From NCBI RefSeq assembly GCF_009914755.1, contig NC_060935.1: 64,000 nucleotides of DNA; one strand, 5' to 3'. The stretch comes from the human T2T-CHM13v2.0 reference genome, Homo sapiens. The notes beneath the pieces were generated by a model. It did no database searches, was not told the origin of the DNA, and saw nothing but the letters and a program-made list of their open reading frames with translations. Both the position numbers and the translations under genes were made by a program. Shown here in pieces: positions 61,993 to 64,000 of this stretch. Every line of letters begins with the position of its first letter. The stretch's first letter is position 1.

Positions 61993-64000
61993 ATGTAGGA
62001 CCTGCTGAGGAGAAGTGGAAATAAAGCAGACCTCAGGACTTTTGTCTTGGACACAGGAATGTTAGAGGCTTTCACCAGCCCTTGGAGAGGAGGAGATTGG
62101 AGCTGAGGTCAGGATGTCAGAACCTGCTGTTCACTGGAGACACTTGATCCAGGTGATACCAAAATGTATGTTGGGAAACCACAGAAGCAATGGACACATT
62201 TTTTTTTTCAAACTATGAGCAGAACAAAGCCTTTTTTTGGCACTTTAGACAAATCACCCCTCCATCCACCTTCCCCGTCTCATGGTGCTGATCTTCCAGG
62301 TTTAGCAGAACAAGCTTTCTGGTTCCTACTCCTGGTGAGCCTTCAAGGAGAATTCCATCTGCCTCAGAGAGTTCAGGCCTGAAAGGGCATGAAAAGAGAA
62401 CATCTTTTTTTGCACCCGTAAAATAGGCACCAGCCTCTCCATCCAGGCTGCCTTCCAGAGGTGGTGTGAGATCAAATGAGACAATGCATGAGAAAGCACT
62501 TTGCAGAGCGTGGAGTAGTGATATTGCTCCTAGGCAGGGTTCTATCAAATTAGATTCTTGTCCCAGCACCCTTAGTGTCTTGGTTTAATTAATTGCTTTG
62601 CATTTATTTAATTCACATGTCAACACTGGCCTCCTCAAACTACAGTTCTTTTCTGCCGAAGTCCAAAGTTGTCCCAAGATTTCCGCAAGCCCAGGGGATG
62701 AGAGCAGCTTATCTTCTCAGGAACACTTCTGCCTTGTGACATTGATCCAGACAAGAAGCTCAGCCCCTTCTTCAAGCCTTAAAAGAATTCTACTCATACA
62801 GTGCTCATGAGTGTTACAGAGTTTGCTAAAATTTTGGAGGGAGATGAGTGGCTTTCTACATAACAGCAATGAACTTTCAAGAGGAACATTTGGCATCCTG
62901 GGTCTCACAATTTGCTGGCACTAAACTATCTCTCGGGTCAGGGTCTGGACTCCACCCAATGCTGGGGGCCTGCCAGTGACTTGGACTCAATCTTAACTTA
63001 TAGACTTCTCTTAATCTTAATTCTCCTTCTTCCTCTCCTTTCAGTCTCCATCCCTCTGTTTCTGCTCCCTCTCTAGAGCTAAAACAAATTCCTTTCTTAT
63101 ATTTTAGGTTCATTATTGCCAGTGGCTTTGTGCTAAGGTTCCTGTAGGTTTCACTTTCTACCCCAAGGTCCTTGTTAAGGTATTTTCTCAAAACAAAGAG
63201 TTCTCCCTCCCTAAGGAGAACTCTGGGGCCAGCTGTTAAGATAACAACATTTTCACCCCATGGCATGTATCATAACAGAATCCAAAAATGTTTTCAACAG
63301 CTTTGATATTGGCAACAGATTTGAGCTGAGAAAAATAACATATAATTAAAAATGAAATTATAAAGGAAACTCCAAATGACCTGGAAGGAAGGGGATAAAA
63401 TTCTCCCAGAAATTCAAGCAGCCCTTTCCAATTACAAATACTAAAATGGAAGTAAGTGTGCACCTTCTCAATGTTAACACCTAATTCCAAAATCCCCCCA
63501 GGGCCTTGTGGTGTGGGGTGGCCTTCTGGCTCTGAGCCTCTGCACACAAAGGCTCCTGGAGGAAATGGAGGCCAGGGCTCACCCTGGATGTTGAGGAACA
63601 CTGGGAGCAGTGGGGAAGCTGGTGTTGGGACACAGCAGTGGACATACCTGGCAAAGCCCAGAATGATTCCTAGTTCCCCGGGGCAGGCTGAAGTTGAGGG
63701 GCCCTCTGCTGTATCTCCATACCTCACTGGTTATCCCGCCACACCATGACCACAGCACTGTCACTGTCGCGGGGTGACTGCCTGTCAACTTCCCTCCCTC
63801 CTCCCTCAGACTGCAGCTTTGTGCCAGCAGACAGCAGGTGGTTTATTGCTGTGTACCTGGTACACAAAGGTATATAATGAATGTGGAAAGAAGGAAGGAG
63901 AGAATGACTGAACCCCTGCCTGGAGGGTTCTGAGTCTCATTTCTCCCTCATCCACTGACTTGTTCTGAGGTCTCTAGCCAGCCTACAAACCACTCTAAAA

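Noticed and set aside
59984-63788. Cluster of 100-163 aa ORFs on both strands at the right end
   Set aside because: No recognisable domain, overlapping frames on both strands and no coherent exon chain. Expected from locally higher GC content.

Overview
Human (primate) genomic DNA, AT-rich and repeat-dense. Bases ~2.9-28.5 kb hold the last nine coding exons of TMEM135 on the + strand. All introns are GT-AG, and the exons splice into one 868-nt frame ending ...PELPTEFS* at 28450. A long 3' UTR follows, with several candidate poly(A) signals. Downstream are a decayed PSMA2 processed pseudogene (- strand) and a block of old L1M fragments. Next is a full-length (~6.04 kb) human-specific pre-Ta L1HS on the - strand. 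It has a 13-bp TSD, an intact ORF0 and YY1 site, ORF1 carrying R159H, and ORF2 broken by one nonsense codon (W1131*). Further right are a Ricksha-type MULE/MuDR DNA transposon carrying an ERV-L/MLT2 piece and a FLYWCH transposase remnant, and a strong CTCF motif. Alu, MaLR, MER1B, MER58, L2 and MIR copies are scattered throughout. I found no convincing new multi-gene system. The best unexplained or regulatory leads are an intronic palindrome (~4954-5050), an Alu-derived candidate poison exon, a candidate alternative last exon in the 3' UTR, and a three-layer retro-insertion nest at the TMEM135 3' end. Repeat subfamily names, exon numbers and consensus comparisons come from memory, not from a search; boundaries of old repeats are approximate.
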